Positions 24,946 through 37,325 of a DNA stretch of 64,000 bases are shown piece after piece. A model generated the notes under the pieces. It searched no databases. It was not told the DNA's origin and saw only the letters and a program-made list of their open reading frames with translations. Source of the stretch: Sphyrna mokarran (taxonomy: Eukaryota); the NCBI GenBank assembly GCA_024679065.1, contig JAGIQG010000010.1, forward strand, positions 18,042,001 to 18,106,000, read 5' to 3'. The translations under genes and the position numbers were made by a program. Every line of letters starts with the position of its first letter. The stretch's first letter is position 1.

Positions 24946-25240
24946 GGCATGGTGGCACAGTGATTAGCACTGCTGCTTCACAGCGCCAGGGACTGGGTTT
25001 AATTCCTGGCTTAGGTTACTGTGTGGAGTCTGCTAGTTTGCCCTCTGTCTGTGTGGGTTTCCTCCTGATGCTCCAGTTTCCTCCCACAGTCTGAAAGATG
25101 TGCTGATTAGGTGCATTGGCTGTTCTAAATTTGCCCTTAGTGTATCTGAACGGGTGCCGGAGTGAGATGACTTGGATGCTTTAACATAACTTAACTGGAG
25201 TGTTAATGTAAGCATACTTGTGACAGTAATAAATAAATTT
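24946..25240 (+). mobile_element. V-SINE full length, tail B
   Basis: ggcatggtggcacagtgattagcactgctgc head; gtgttaatgtaagcatacttgtgacagtaataaa tail. Confidence 0.9.
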
Positions 25241-26600
25241 TAAGTAAGTATTTGAACCCAAGTGATTTCTGACTAGTTGTTTCAATGTATAAACATTGCA
25301 AGTACAGGGGAGGTATCAATAAGAATAAATGTGCTCTTTTATACACATTATTTTTGCTTATGACTTCAAATTAAATAAATCTCAATGAAAATGATGAGTA
25401 GCCTAATTTGCTGCTGATCCATTCACTCAATACAAATTCATTAGCGAAAATGAAAGTCAAACTGCTAATCAGGCGTGCTATAAATCTTGCCCTGTTAAAA
25501 ACATCTAAAGGAGTTCCATTGCAATTTAACTTGAGCAAGTGGCATATATTTCACTCCTTCAGTGCACACCATTTGTCGTTAATATGAGAATGAAGATTTA
25601 GAAAACATTTAGCAAGTCAGGCAGCATTTATGGTGAGAGAAACAGGGATAAATGAGCTGGATTTTCATCCTCAAGTCAAATAGTAGGATTCGGGAAAAAT
25701 CCCGCCTTGGCCTTCCTGCAACAAATGCGAGATCTTCATTGCTGGAGATGGGATTATAGGTATGGGATGTAGATACGTATGACAAACTGGGATAAAGATT
25801 AGAGGTGCCCACAGGCTTTACTAAGCTTTACCTGGTAAAGAGGCAAGTTGTCTAATAGGCCCAACTCAGTCCTGTGGGTATTTTGTCTCAGTTAAAATAA
25901 AAAGACACATAGGCCCTCCAGCTCTTATATCCTCTCACCCCAAAACATCCCAAGCCCCATCATTGCTACCTCATGCTATCCAGTCAGCCCCAATGACTTC
26001 TCATGCTCCCAACGCCAAATACTGCCCTTCCACCCATCCCACTTGGCTCCTTGAGCCCTTCATGCCAAGCTCTGTCTTTTCACTCAATAGAGAAAATCAA
26101 AAGACTCTGGGATTTGAAAACTAATAACATTCTTCAACAGGGGAACTTAACTTAGAATAGGGACCACAATGCACTGAATAATTATTTTATACATAGGTAC
26201 TGCTTGCGTAGACACACACATAATTACTGTTAAAGCAATTAAACATGTATTTTGGATTTAAACAAATACTTTTGAATGCATTGTGCACCTTGGCCAAAAT
26301 GCAAATTGCTCTGGAGCAAAATGGGAAAGGAGTAAAAGGAACAATAAACAACAGAATATAGTTACGTTACCAAGAGAAAGTCATGGACAGCATACATTTC
26401 ATTCTTTAGAAATGAATAAAAGTATTCACAAAGTAAATAAAGTATTCAGCAGAATGAGACAATGGGAATGTAATCTTTTCAACTGAGATTTACGGTGGGA
26501 AAGCAACTTTTGAACTTTATGGATTTACATAAGGTTGCTTAATAACAATGTATAGGAACTTTCAGATCCTTCAGACCAATGAATTCCTATATTTGCTGGT

Positions 26601-26860
26601 TAGAGTTTGCACATTCTCCTCGTATCTGTGTGGGTTTCCTCCGGATGCTCCAGTTTCCTCCCACAGTCCAAAGATGTGCAGATTAGGTTGATTGGTCATG
26701 CTAAGAATTGCCCCTTAGAGTCCTGAGATGCATAAGTTAGAGGGATTAGTGAGTAAATATATAGAGATATGGGGCTGAGGCCTGGATGGGATAGTGGTCA
26801 GTGCAGACTCAATGGGCCAAATGGCCTCTTTCTGCAATGTAGAGTTTCTATAATTCTATG
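26601..26860 (+). mobile_element. V-SINE, 5'-truncated, tail A
   Basis: gagtttgcacattctcc...ccacagtccaaagatgtgc...gcagactcaatgggccaaatggcc. Confidence 0.9.
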
Positions 26861-27212
26861 TTAGAGAATAGGATGTGATTGGCCAATTTAAATAATGTGC
26901 ACTAATATGATTGGAGCATCCAATTAGGATGACAAGGTAGGTGAAATTATTGAAGTTTTGAAAATGCATAACGGTGCATTATAAACTTCAGAAAGGAGTT
27001 GGCGGGTGCAGATGCCTTTCTCTCCAGCACATGTTGGTCAATAAAGAACATTTTAACCAGTATACTGTCTTTCACGAGTCTTTGTATTTAGCTGTTGAGT
27101 TCAATACTTAGTATCTAAGAGAAAACCCCTGCTTCATCTACTCTCTAATGGTACCCGACCACATGCCAATCTCTGCCCTTCCACCTATCCTGCTGCCCCA
27201 ATTCCCCATGTT

Positions 27213-27540
27213 AGGGCAGCATGATGGCATAGTATTTAGCCCTGCTACTTCGCAGCACCAGGGACTCTGGTTCAATTCTGGCCTCAGATCACTCTTTGTA
27301 TGGAGTTCCCATTTTCTGCCCACATCTGCTTAAGTTTCTTCTGGGTGCTCAGGTTTTCTCCCACACTGCAAATATGTGTGGGTTAGGTGGATTGCCCATG
27401 CTAAACTTTCCCTTACAGGGACTCACAAGGTAAATAGGTGGGTTAATGGAGATAGGGTCTGGGTGGGATTGTCCGTGATATAGGCTTATTAGGCCAAATG
27501 AGCTGCATTTGCACTGGGGGGATTCATTAACTCTGTGATT
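27213..27540 (+). mobile_element. V-SINE, diverged, tail A
   Basis: gggcagcatgatggcatagt head; gggttaggtggattgcccatgctaaa core. Confidence 0.8.
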
Positions 27541-27999
27541 CCAGCACATCAATGCCCATTGACCCACTATACAATGTCTAGAATCACTGAACATCATCAT
27601 AATAGTAGGATGTGTAAAAAAAACTTTATGAAAAAATAACTTATTTATAACATTCTGCTATAGTTGAAAAGATATAATTTCACTTCAACCTAATAAAAGT
27701 ATCAATCATTCAGATCGTTTAAAGCATGAATAACAAAAATGACAGACTCTCAAAGCTATTTAACATTGTTAAAAAAAATTCTGAAATTAATCACAGAGAT
27801 TTGAAAAACCTGAATTGTCAATCAAATAATATTTTCTCTGGGGTGCAACTGTTCCAACAAGAGCAATGGATGTCTGGACTTTTGGCAAAGCATGGGGGGA
27901 GGGGGCCTCAAAGATCCATAGAGCGTGGTTGGAAAGACAAACCTTGGCATAGAGACATGAGGGATCTTAATGGGTACATGAAAGAGCAGAGGTCAATGT

Positions 28000-29123
28000 A
28001 GAGATCATGCAGAAAACTTTTTGAACTTTCCTTTTAAAAGATCTCTTCGTGCAGATTGGGATTGATGACTCCACTGAGCGATTGTGAAACATGTCTCTTT
28101 CAAATCTTAGCCTGACTCCGGCAAGTGAATTTTTGACAGGTACCAGGTTACATCCTTTAAGGACACTCCTGACAATCACATTGTCCAGTAATAGGTTTGG
28201 GAATCCTAGGATCGGGTCCCATTTTCAATTTTTAAAGAGCTCCCTGATTCACTAAAGATCCAGGAAAATGTTTCAGACTAATGGTGGGAAGTGATTGTTC
28301 CAACTCACTGAAGTCTCCAGGCCCATCAGCCTCTCCCATACTGCCACGGGTAATCACTCCAGCAGGGTTTACAGCAGTCCCTGCTAACAGAGAGCTGGTG
28401 GCCTGGCCCCATTGAAGTAAGAGCCACCCCAGAAGGTCAGGGCTAAGTGTTGGGTGCACCCGGTCATTGCCAGCCTGGCTGTGCCAGACCAGTCCCATGG
28501 CATTTCCCAAGAGACAAAGTGGTAAAGCCCAAAGGGCATCTTGGCACTGTTCACCAGCCATCATGCTAGACAGTGCCAAAGGGTTGGGGCCAGAAGAGGG
28601 CAGAATCTATTGGTGGTGCAAGGCCTATAAGGGGGGAGTGGGGGGGGGGGGGGGGGGGGGGGGGTCTTGCTGCCACCCTGTATTGGGATCAGTGACAATA
28701 CAGGAGGGAAGGGGTTGATCGGAACTGGCCATTTGGATGTGGGGGGTGGATGTAATTGGGACTGATGCAGTTGGAAGGACTGGCCTATAGACCCTTGGGA
28801 GACCAGTGATAGGGGGATGGGGGCGAGCTCTCCAAGTCAATGATGCAGGGTCGTGGGACTAGCCTGTGATTGGGAGACCAGCCATGCACATACACCAATC
28901 TCTGCTCTGATAGGTCGGCGCACACGCAATAGCCCACTCAGCATTACGCTGCCAGCCTCTCCAGCGGGAATAGGCAGCACTCATGCATGAACCTCCCTGA
29001 AGCACTTTGTGATGCATGGAGTGTGGGAGATACATTTTGAAAATCCAGCTGAAAAAACTAACAGACGTTACCCCAGCTTTTACACAAATTTGGCACTTAG
29101 AATGTTTTGAGGATATCCCGGCC
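28000..29123. mobile_element. GC-rich non-autonomous Harbinger-like element (left end uncertain)
   Basis: right end ttttacacaaatttggcacttagaa...ggatatcccggcc resembles 46775-46834; G-rich core. Confidence 0.5.
28631..28664 (+). repeat. poly-G tract (25 G at 28640-28664)
   Basis: direct reading. Confidence 0.95.
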
Positions 29124-29159
29124 ATGGTTGTTTACCAGAAATAGAATAAAAAAGAATTA

Positions 29160-29480
29160 ATAAGTTTTACAGAAGCAAAGAGAGGGGGGTGGGGAGAAAA
29201 GGGCAATAATAAATTCCGTTATAAGGTGGGAGGTAGAAAAAAATTAACACCAAAATGAATAATAATGCAAGGCAAAATGGGATGGTAATGAAGGAATAAT
29301 GAGATGTAAATGGAATTAGCAGAATCATTACAAAGAAATGCTGTCTGCAAACTGGAAGCAGTGGTTATGATTTGAAATTACAAAATACAACTCAAGTCCA
29401 GAAGGTTATAATGTGCCAAATCCAAAGGTGCAGTTCTGTTCCTCAAAATTTAACTCAGCTTCATTGGAACTATGCAGGAG
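29160..29480 (-). mobile_element. Second Penelope-like family, GIY-YIG C-terminus and 3' UTR remnant
   Basis: minus-strand LLHSSNEAELNFEEQNCTFGFGTL resembles the recalled PLE motif LLQCSSEAQRKLEEQHLIFRLGTL. Confidence 0.55.
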
Positions 29481-29536
29481 ATGAAGAGAATCTGACGATA
29501 AGATTGAGCAATCTGTCCCAAAGAGATATATGGGGG

Positions 29537-30545
29537 GGGGGGAATTGTCCTGAAAGTGCTGAATTAGTGAGAAAACTGTTCTAAATCCCAACTGTTCTGA
29601 CAGTTCAGCTTCTCACCTGAATCTCCGCACTCAATGCATTGAAGAGGTCCCAGTCATGAATCAAATTAATAACCTAGGGGGTGAAGCCTATTTGCTCTAG
29701 ACTTTGATAGTTCTAGAGCTCTGTGCACGTGCAGTAGCCCCAAATTATCAACTCCCATTTGCTGGCCAGTTCGATCATTAGCCAGCCCGGGATGCCTGCG
29801 GTGCCGCTCCTCAGCCCCCACCACAGCCTGATCATGGCCTCCAAAGCAATTCCTTGGCCAGCCCAGAGCAACAACACATCCCCCCCACCCTCCTAATCCA
29901 CAGCCCTGGAGCCCTTCCGGAGGCAGGCACCCCCCTCCGGCAGATCATCGCCTCTCACGCCCGCACCAATCACCACCGTCCTTCCATCCCAGGCTGATCG
30001 CCACGCAGAGTAGCAACGGGACTCCCCACCGATCACCCTTAGGCCCCATCCACAGTAGGCCCCATCCTTTTGGAATTGCCCGATGCCCACTGGACAGTGC
30101 CAATGTGCCCCCTGGCATGGACACCATGTCTCTTGGGCAGTGCCAAGGATCATAAGCTGACACACTGTCAGAGTGCCCATGCAAGAGGTACTACTCCCTC
30201 CACTGTCCAACCCCCTGGGGAGCCCCAGTTGCACCTTTTCATTCTAGTGAGCTCTCCCACTAGTTCCCCTAGTGTGGGGAATAAGTGTAAACCCTGCCAG
30301 AATGAAGTACTCCTGGCAGCATGGGAGTTCAATCGGGACCAAGTATACATAGTTAAAATGCATGCAAAAAAGATTTAAATGACTTACCTGCTTTCCTGTC
30401 AGTTTCCAACATGGTCTGATCGGTGACTGTTCGCAGGCTCTGGAAGATGTGTGTGCATTCTCCGCACATGCGCAAATCCCTGTTCAAGGCTATTGAACCA
30501 CCTTCCCCACTTCAACTCACCAGAAATGTTGGGGAAATCGTGGCC
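29537..30545. mobile_element. Non-autonomous Harbinger-like TIR element
   Basis: left gggggaattgtcc...aagtgctgaatt...gaaaactg; right ggggaaatcgtggcc; C-rich core is inverse-like to the 28400-28900 and 46100-46600 cores. Confidence 0.55.
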
Positions 30546-31035
30546 ATGCTTCCTGATGTATATTTTGTCTTCAGTGCAAATAAAACAATTTTATGCAATG
30601 CACCTGAATCATTTATGTGTAGTGGGAAGCCTTGCCAGTACATAGTAGGCTGAGAAAGAACCCACAAAATACAATTCACCCTCATGCTGTGTAGGTGGTG
30701 TCTATCTCTTCAAGACAATACAGCAGAAATGTCACCTAACTTGAGGGATCAATGGGAACTGAGAGTGGGTGATCACTCCATAGAGTGGAGTACTCTGTTG
30801 GAGAGGGAATCTTCTAGCAGTCATTTCTTAAGCAAATGAGGGTTGGAGCTTTCCTCCAGGTAGTCTTAGTGCTACAAAGTATTATTGTGCCTTAGTTTCT
30901 CATTATTAATAAATACCTACCTTGTTCCTAACAAAGACCAAAATCTCTTGACGGCATCATAACAGCCACAGAATCACATAGAATTGGTGCAGTGCAGAAA
31001 GATGCCATTGGCCCCATTGAGTCTGCAATGACAAC

Positions 31036-31170
31036 AATCTCACATATTTACCCTGTTAATCCCCTTAACCAAGGCCTACCCATATAACCTCACGTATTTA
31101 TCCTGTTAATCCCCTTAACCAGGGCCTACCCATATAACCCCACGTATTTACTCTGTTAATCCCCTTAACC
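31036..31170. repeat. 50-bp tandem repeat, about 2.7 copies
   Basis: cacgtattta.cctgttaatccccttaacc recurs at 31041, 31091 and 31141. Confidence 0.95.
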
Positions 31171-31381
31171 GAAAGAAATCTCATAACACCAGCTTAAAGT
31201 CCAATAAGTTTATTTGTAGCAAACACCCCAAGCTTTCGGAACATGCTGTGGGAGAATCCCAGCCCACCTGACAAAGGGGTGTTTGCTACAATAAACTTGT
31301 TGGACTTTAAGTTGGTATTGTGAAATTTCTTTCTGTTTTACCCCAGTCCAACGCTGGCATCTCCACATTGTGATTACCATC
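31171..31381 (+). mobile_element. Penelope-derived mini fold-back insert
   Basis: inverted arms 31171-31229 / 31276-31333; 13-bp TSD aatccccttaacc (31158-31170, 31382-31394). Confidence 0.9.
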
Positions 31382-31649
31382 AATCCCCTTAACCTACAGA
31401 TCTCGGGATGCCAAAGGTCAATTTATCTTTGGCACTTAACCCAACCTGCACATTTCTGGACCACAGAAGGAAACTGGAGCACCCAGAGGAAACCGGAGCA
31501 CCCAGAGTAAACCCACGCAGAAACAGGGAGAATACACGTGATGATCCTTTTGTAAGTGTTTGTGTATAGTCTGGTGTTTCTATGACATGCAACCTCAGTG
31601 GTAGCAACATGTGACATGGGGAGCTGGTAAGATTCTGATCACGGATAGT

Positions 31650-32335
31650 TAACATGGTTTTAACAGGGTCAAGTCATACAGAACAAATTTGATTTTTTTA
31701 ACAAGATGGCCAGATGTGCAGACAAGGGTTGTGCAGTCAATGTAGTTATATGAATTTCATCAAAATCTTTAACAAAGTTCCACATGGAAGATTTGTAAAG
31801 AAGGTAAATTCATATGCCATACAGGGTAATTTGATAAAGTGAATTCAAAATTGGCTCAGTTGAAGGATACAGAGTACAAAGGCCGCTTCAGTGGCTGGAA
31901 GCTAGTGTCCAATGACATACCACAGAGACCTGCGTTGAGCCCTCTATTATTTGTCACGTATTAAAATGACATTAATGACTATGTAGGGGTATGATTAGTA
32001 AGTTTGCAGATGACACAAAGGTTGTACAGGCAGTTAACAATGATGTGAAGTGTCTTGGGCTACAAGAACATTTAGACAGAATTATCAAATGGCAGATAAT
32101 TGGCAAATGAAATTTAACCCTGAAAGATGTGAGGTAATACACTTTGGAAGGAATAATTTGACAAGAAAGTACTCAGCGAATGGTAGGACCCTACAAAGTT
32201 CGTAGAGTAAAGGGACCTTGGTGTATTTGTCCACAGATCTCTCTCTGAAAGCAGAAGTCATCTAAGTAGGGTGTGAAAAAGTTATATGGGACTCCAGACT
32301 TTATCAATCAAGGCTTAGATTACAAAAGCAGGGAT
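31650..32335 (+). mobile_element. CR1 RT fragment, degenerate
   Basis: aaagttccacatggaag (KVPHG), aagtttgcagatgacacaaag (KFADDTK), gaaatttaaccctgaaagatgtgag (FNPE.CE). Confidence 0.85.
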
Positions 32336-32459
32336 CCCATTAGTTGTTGGATTCCAAGGCTGATTGTGAATTGGGGCTTGAATCTAGAAGATTAACTCCA
32401 TCAGGTGCTGATTTCCTCTTGAAAAATTCTCACTACCCTGCAAGTATTCTGGCATAGAA

Positions 32460-32780
32460 ATAGCCAACTTGTCTTCTTCACCGCCATCAGTCATCTTAAA
32501 CTTTCGCCTGTGCTCCTTTCCACCTTTACTCCAATAATAAATGTGAGAAGCTGATAGACTTCTTTGTCACCAAGGTTGAATAGTCTCAAACTTGGTGACA
32601 TTCATGAGCTGTCAATGCCAACTAATCTACCAAGCTGAAATTTCCTTATCATCACCACTGCTGCCCTTTCCCTATACTCACATCTTTTTTCCATGTTTCC
32701 CTCCATTTTCCCCTCTTTCATTTTTCCTTACTCATCTTGCTTGTCCATGAGATCCACTTGTTTCTCCCTTAGCACCTATC
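32460..32780 (+). mobile_element. L2 ORF2 fragment
   Basis: aaatgtgagaagctgatagacttctttgtcaccaag (KCEKLIDFFVTK). Confidence 0.5.
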
Positions 32781-33034
32781 CAGAAAACACTTCAGATTCT
32801 GAAACTTTCAACAGTGAAAATACAGGAAATATATAGCAGCAAGAACTCCCTCGAGTTTCCCTTTTTAGTGTGCAGTGATTTTTTTTTTGTGCACTGCATT
32901 GTATCTTTGAGATTTCTATACAGTTGTGTCTGTGTGTATCTTTAAGGGAATGTTACTATATGTGATTGTTGTCAGCATGGTCTATGGTGGATTGTTCTTC
33001 AACTGCAGACCCATATTGCATCAAAGAAACTATG

Positions 33035-33195
33035 GCGTATTGGTCTGACAGCATTTTTGGAGAGAGAAACAGAGTTAATGTGTTAGATTGATAATCCTTT
33101 ATCAGATAAAGTAATGTTTTACTTTATCTGATAAAGGATCAGATATGTTTTACAGAAAGTGTCCTGATCTATTTGAAACTTACAGCTTTTGTTTT
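33035..33195. mobile_element. Palindromic remnant of another Penelope-derived family
   Basis: ggtctgacagcattt..ggagagagaaacagagttaa arm (also seen at 25615-25655); central perfect 21-bp hairpin 33094-33139. Confidence 0.5.
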
Positions 33196-34089
33196 AATAT
33201 AGCAAAAATTAATTTATTCATACTTTTTGGTGAGTGATGCACGCCATTATCGTGGTTCAATTGTGTTGGTTAGTCATAGCCCTGTTGCATCAGAGACCAT
33301 TCATTTTATCCTTCTTTAGAGATTAAAGACAATCTAGAATATCATGGAGTGACTGAGTTTTAATTTAATGCAGGAAAATTGGCATCATATAGTCCTTGAC
33401 ATTACATAAAACAAGCACATTCACAGAGAATGTGATTTATGAAGTAAGAGATCTGTGCCTTAGGGCAAGGATTGCAGTGCAGATGCAGTACATCACTCCA
33501 CGCACATGGGAGGAGAAAAAACAACAGCATGAATCATTGCTGAATCTCAATCTGTACTCCTGCCAACTTTGTAAGGTAAATGTATTAAATTCTTTTTGCT
33601 GAGAGTACATCAATCTTCTCATCAATTTGGCTGCTAATGAATGATATTGTATTCAAGTTTTAGAGTGAAACAGAAAGGACAGATTGAACGTCATAAACTT
33701 GGGTCAGGTATCCAGACCAAAGAGTATAATATTATTCATCTCTCAGAATAAATCCCTGATACATCTCTACTTCAAGAAGAATGTTAAATTCTTTATCTGT
33801 ATTCAAGAGGAGATCTTTTCTTTCCAATGCATGATCTCCGTGGACAACCAAATCAACCTATTTGTGGGCTTTCTTCCTATTTTGTACACAAAAATGGAAA
33901 CTATACATTCCATATTTACCCATCTGATTCTTCACAAAATTTTTCAGGCCCAAGTGATGAGAATCCACCTGTTACTTTGGTGATCATCTTTTTAATAGCC
34001 CTCTCCAGCATGAGAGAGGCTATTATTCTTGTTACTGGATTGCTCGGGAACAAGTTGAGAATCTCTTCTTTATGAATATCCCCAACGTT

Positions 34090-34225
34090 CTGGGCAAGAC
34101 TTTCCAATCTTGTTCACTCCATCCCAGCTGCCAGTGAGAATGGAGTTTAGCGCTCAGCCAAAACTCCTCTCACTGCAGTGCCCAGCGCATCCAACCGCTA
34201 GCGAGGTCAGAGGTTTCCTGAGTCT
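34090..34225. mobile_element. Short Harbinger-like MITE
   Basis: tgggcaagactttcc terminus; ccagtgagaatgga...ctcagccaaa shared with 53253-53337. Confidence 0.5.
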
Positions 34226-35060
34226 GTCTTCACCCATATGTTGGCTGATGATTTATAATTACTGAGCATGACAAATGTATTCTAAACCAGGCTGCCAATG
34301 AAGAAAGGTATTTAATTTTGAGACGACAAACATAAGCTAGCAGCTACAACCTGTCCTTATTGTGTAGTGAGGCATGAGTGTTAACTTGGGCATTTAGTGC
34401 TGGCAGATTTTTTCTGAAGCCACGTTTTAGATCCACACTCAGACTCTGATTTAGAACTTTTAAAACGGAAAACCAATTAAACAGAACATGCCGGGAGCAC
34501 GGGTTCCCTGTAGATCCACTGAAAATTGTTGCTTGAACAGATATTAATTATTGCAATGGCAATCTGATGAAGAATCGCAACTTGGGTGGGAATCACTAAC
34601 TTCCATGAAACAGTATTCAGATGTAGGTTGCAATGGAAGCAGGGGGTGAAAAGAGAGTGCTGTTGGGGGATAGTGAGGGGATGGGAAGAGTAGTTGGTGG
34701 ATTGGGAGGGTAGCTGGGTGGTCGTGTGGTAGTGGCAGTGGGTGGGGACATGGAGTGGTTAATTGGTGTGGAGAGCTGGATTTGGAACGTTAGTCAGGAT
34801 GGGTCAGCATGGTAAGCGGGGTGGGATGTAGTGGATGGTGGGTGGTGGAGGGTGGGGGTTGGGCGGAGGTAGGGGAGTGGGTGGGAAGTGGGGGGCATTC
34901 AGTGTGTCATCAGCAGTGATCAATCCTCTTATTACCCAGGCATTAGAAGTGGTTTTATTTCTTCTAATGCTTTGGGTAACTGTTCTGCTTGGAGAGTCAG
35001 AACCATTTGAAGTATCCATTTTTGGAGGATTGAATGGTCCCAAGTTTAAAGGAATTGCCC

Positions 35061-36374
35061 ATTGACTCAATGGAAGTATATATTATGAGTTTAAGAGCGT
35101 TGACTTGCCATGACATTCTATCTATTAATATAATGGATTAGAAATCATAGAAATGCCTAAAATGATCTCCTACCAAATCAGACTGCCTAATGGAAATATG
35201 ATATATTGTGAATGTTGGAAGCATTGTGAAAGAAAGGCAATCTGTGAGTGAGTCATGATCATTTAGAGATCGAAATTCTGCATTGACAAGTTTGGGCTGC
35301 ACTTCTTGGGCATTTCACATATTGTCCTTGCTTGATGACTTCCTCATTACTGTGGCTGTATGGGTACCACCCCAGCCTTTATCCCCCCATTCTGCACAGG
35401 GGATTAGAATTTTTAAATCAACATACTTAAGATTGAAATTGACACACTTTCAACCTCTTAGGGAATTAAAGGATTTGGAGAATGAGTGGGAAAATGGAAT
35501 TAAAGAACAAGTCAACCATGATCATACTGAATGATGAAGTAGGCTCAAGTGGTCTTGTTCTGCTCCTATTACTTATGTTCTTATGCTCCTTGGAGGTAGA
35601 ACTAGAGGTGCTGCAAAGATCTCTGATTCTAACTATATACATTCTCTACCAGTTGAAAAATATGCTTGGCAATGCATTGAGTTTGAATTTGGAACTCAGT
35701 TACCACTTGTTTCGTTCTTCTGTCACATGCTCTATTTTAGTGTGGGAAACTCCTCTTTTATAAGAATTTCAACAACATCTGTTTGCTTTTGCCTAACATC
35801 GACACAGTGAATCATGCCAGGTATATGATTTGGTTGAGTGTTACATTCATCGAAAATTGAGAGGTATTGAACTTAGTGCAGATTGTTCCTTGGTTTTGTT
35901 TCTTCACTACCTCTGAGAACAGCTTCAACACCCTCTTAAATATTTGTTCGTGTAAAGATCCTGGAGAGATTATCATATTCATGTTCAACTGCACAGAAAA
36001 AGGCATCCAAATCCAATGGTCCCGTTACAAAGGATCTCCTTGATGTCATTAGATTGAGTAAATGCTGTTGCAACCTGTATGACAAAGGAATCATACTGAA
36101 GTATAGAGATTTTACAGCACACAAATAGGCTATTCAGCCCCAAACTTGTCCGTGCAGAATTTCGGTCTCTAAATGATTATGACTCACTCACAGATTGTGT
36201 TTCTTTTACAATGCTTGCAACATCCACAATATATCATATTCCCATTAGGCAGTCGGACTTGGCAGGAGCTCATTTTAGCCATTTCTATGATTTCTGATCC
36301 ATTATATTAATAGATAGAACATCATGGCAAATCAACGTTCTCAAACTCAGAAAATATACTTCCATTGAGTCAAT
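35061..36374. repeat. Long inverted repeat, arms 35061-35299 and 36135-36374
   Basis: attgactcaatggaagtata...gaaattctgca is the reverse complement of tgcagaattt...atacttccattgagtcaat, with scattered substitutions. Confidence 0.95.
35428..35585 (+). mobile_element. CR1 3' end
   Basis: agggaattaaaggatttggag...gtcaaccatgatcatactgaatg...ctgctcctattacttatgttcttatg. Confidence 0.7.
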
Positions 36375-37023
36375 CATTGGGACTCCTACATTATTCAAAT
36401 CAGTACTGAAGTTATTACTGTGAGAACAAAACATTCTATAAAAAAACTCGATCACTAACAGCAAACTAGATTTTCCCTAAAGTTTCACACAATGGTAGAT
36501 TATGAAACCAAACGGTATTTGCAAATATTTAGCTCGATGTTCTGTAAATAACATGATTTCAAAGGCATCTGTATTTTCCTACAATGGAATGGTTTCTATT
36601 TGGCCATTATTGGAATCATAGTAATTTAAAAAAGTTGTTTTGCTCTATCAAGTTATGACAGTGTCAGTTTTAATGCTCTAGTTGGAGGGGCCCTTTGGAA
36701 GTGCAAGTGGGAGTATGCTTCCCATGGATTTCAGCTTAAGCTGAATACTGCTGCTGTTCATTACACTTACTGACATAATTATGTATTAAAGTTTGGAAGT
36801 ATAATTTTGAATAATGATAGTAACACTTGAAACACAGCAGCTAGATTTGACTTTGAACCTCTTAGCCCCAGTAGGGCAGATACTCCACTATTGTCACACG
36901 TAGCTTGAATGTTCACCATTTGACACTCATGCTAATGATTGTGACCTCCAGAATGAGAATTGAGTCTACTCACTTGGGAAATTCGGGTGAAAGAGCTGGG
37001 TCGGGAACTGAGAGCCCTAGCCT

Positions 37024-37325
37024 AGCATGGCAGCACAGTGGTTAGCTTTACTGACTCACAGCACCAAGAATGAGTGTTCAATTCCCAGATTGGGTCACTA
37101 TCAGTGTGGAGTCTGCAAGTTCTTCCCGTGTCTGCATGGGTTTCCTCAGCGTGTTCTGGATTCCTCCCTCAGTCCAAAAGATGTGCTGCTGAGATGCACT
37201 GGCCATACTAAATTTTTCCTCTGTGCGCTCAACAGGGGCCAAAATGTGGCCACTAGGGAATTTTCACAGTAAATTCATTGCAATGTTAATGTAAGTCTAC
37301 TTAATAAATCAATAAAATAAATAAT
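37024..37325 (+). mobile_element. V-SINE full length, tail B
   Basis: gcatggcagcacagtggttagc head; ttttcacagtaaattcattgcaatgttaatgtaagtctactt tail. Confidence 0.9.

Larger units (their letters stand above)
30967..31540 (-). mobile_element. V-SINE, tail A, with internal tandem amplification and Penelope insert
   Basis: gcagtgcagaaagatgccattggccccattgagtctgca tail; aggaaactggagcacccag duplicated in the core. Confidence 0.85.

Noticed and set aside
24946-25015. tRNA gene (and other SINE heads)
   Set aside because: Each head continues into a V core and LINE-type tail; no complete cloverleaf.
31036-31170. CRISPR-like array
   Set aside because: Units are contiguous near-identical SINE sequence without unique spacers, and the context is eukaryotic.
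31158-31170. Telomere-like target (ccccttaacc) for Penelope
   Set aside because: It is not TTAGGG, it is ordinary SINE sequence, and the 54644 insertion uses an unrelated target.
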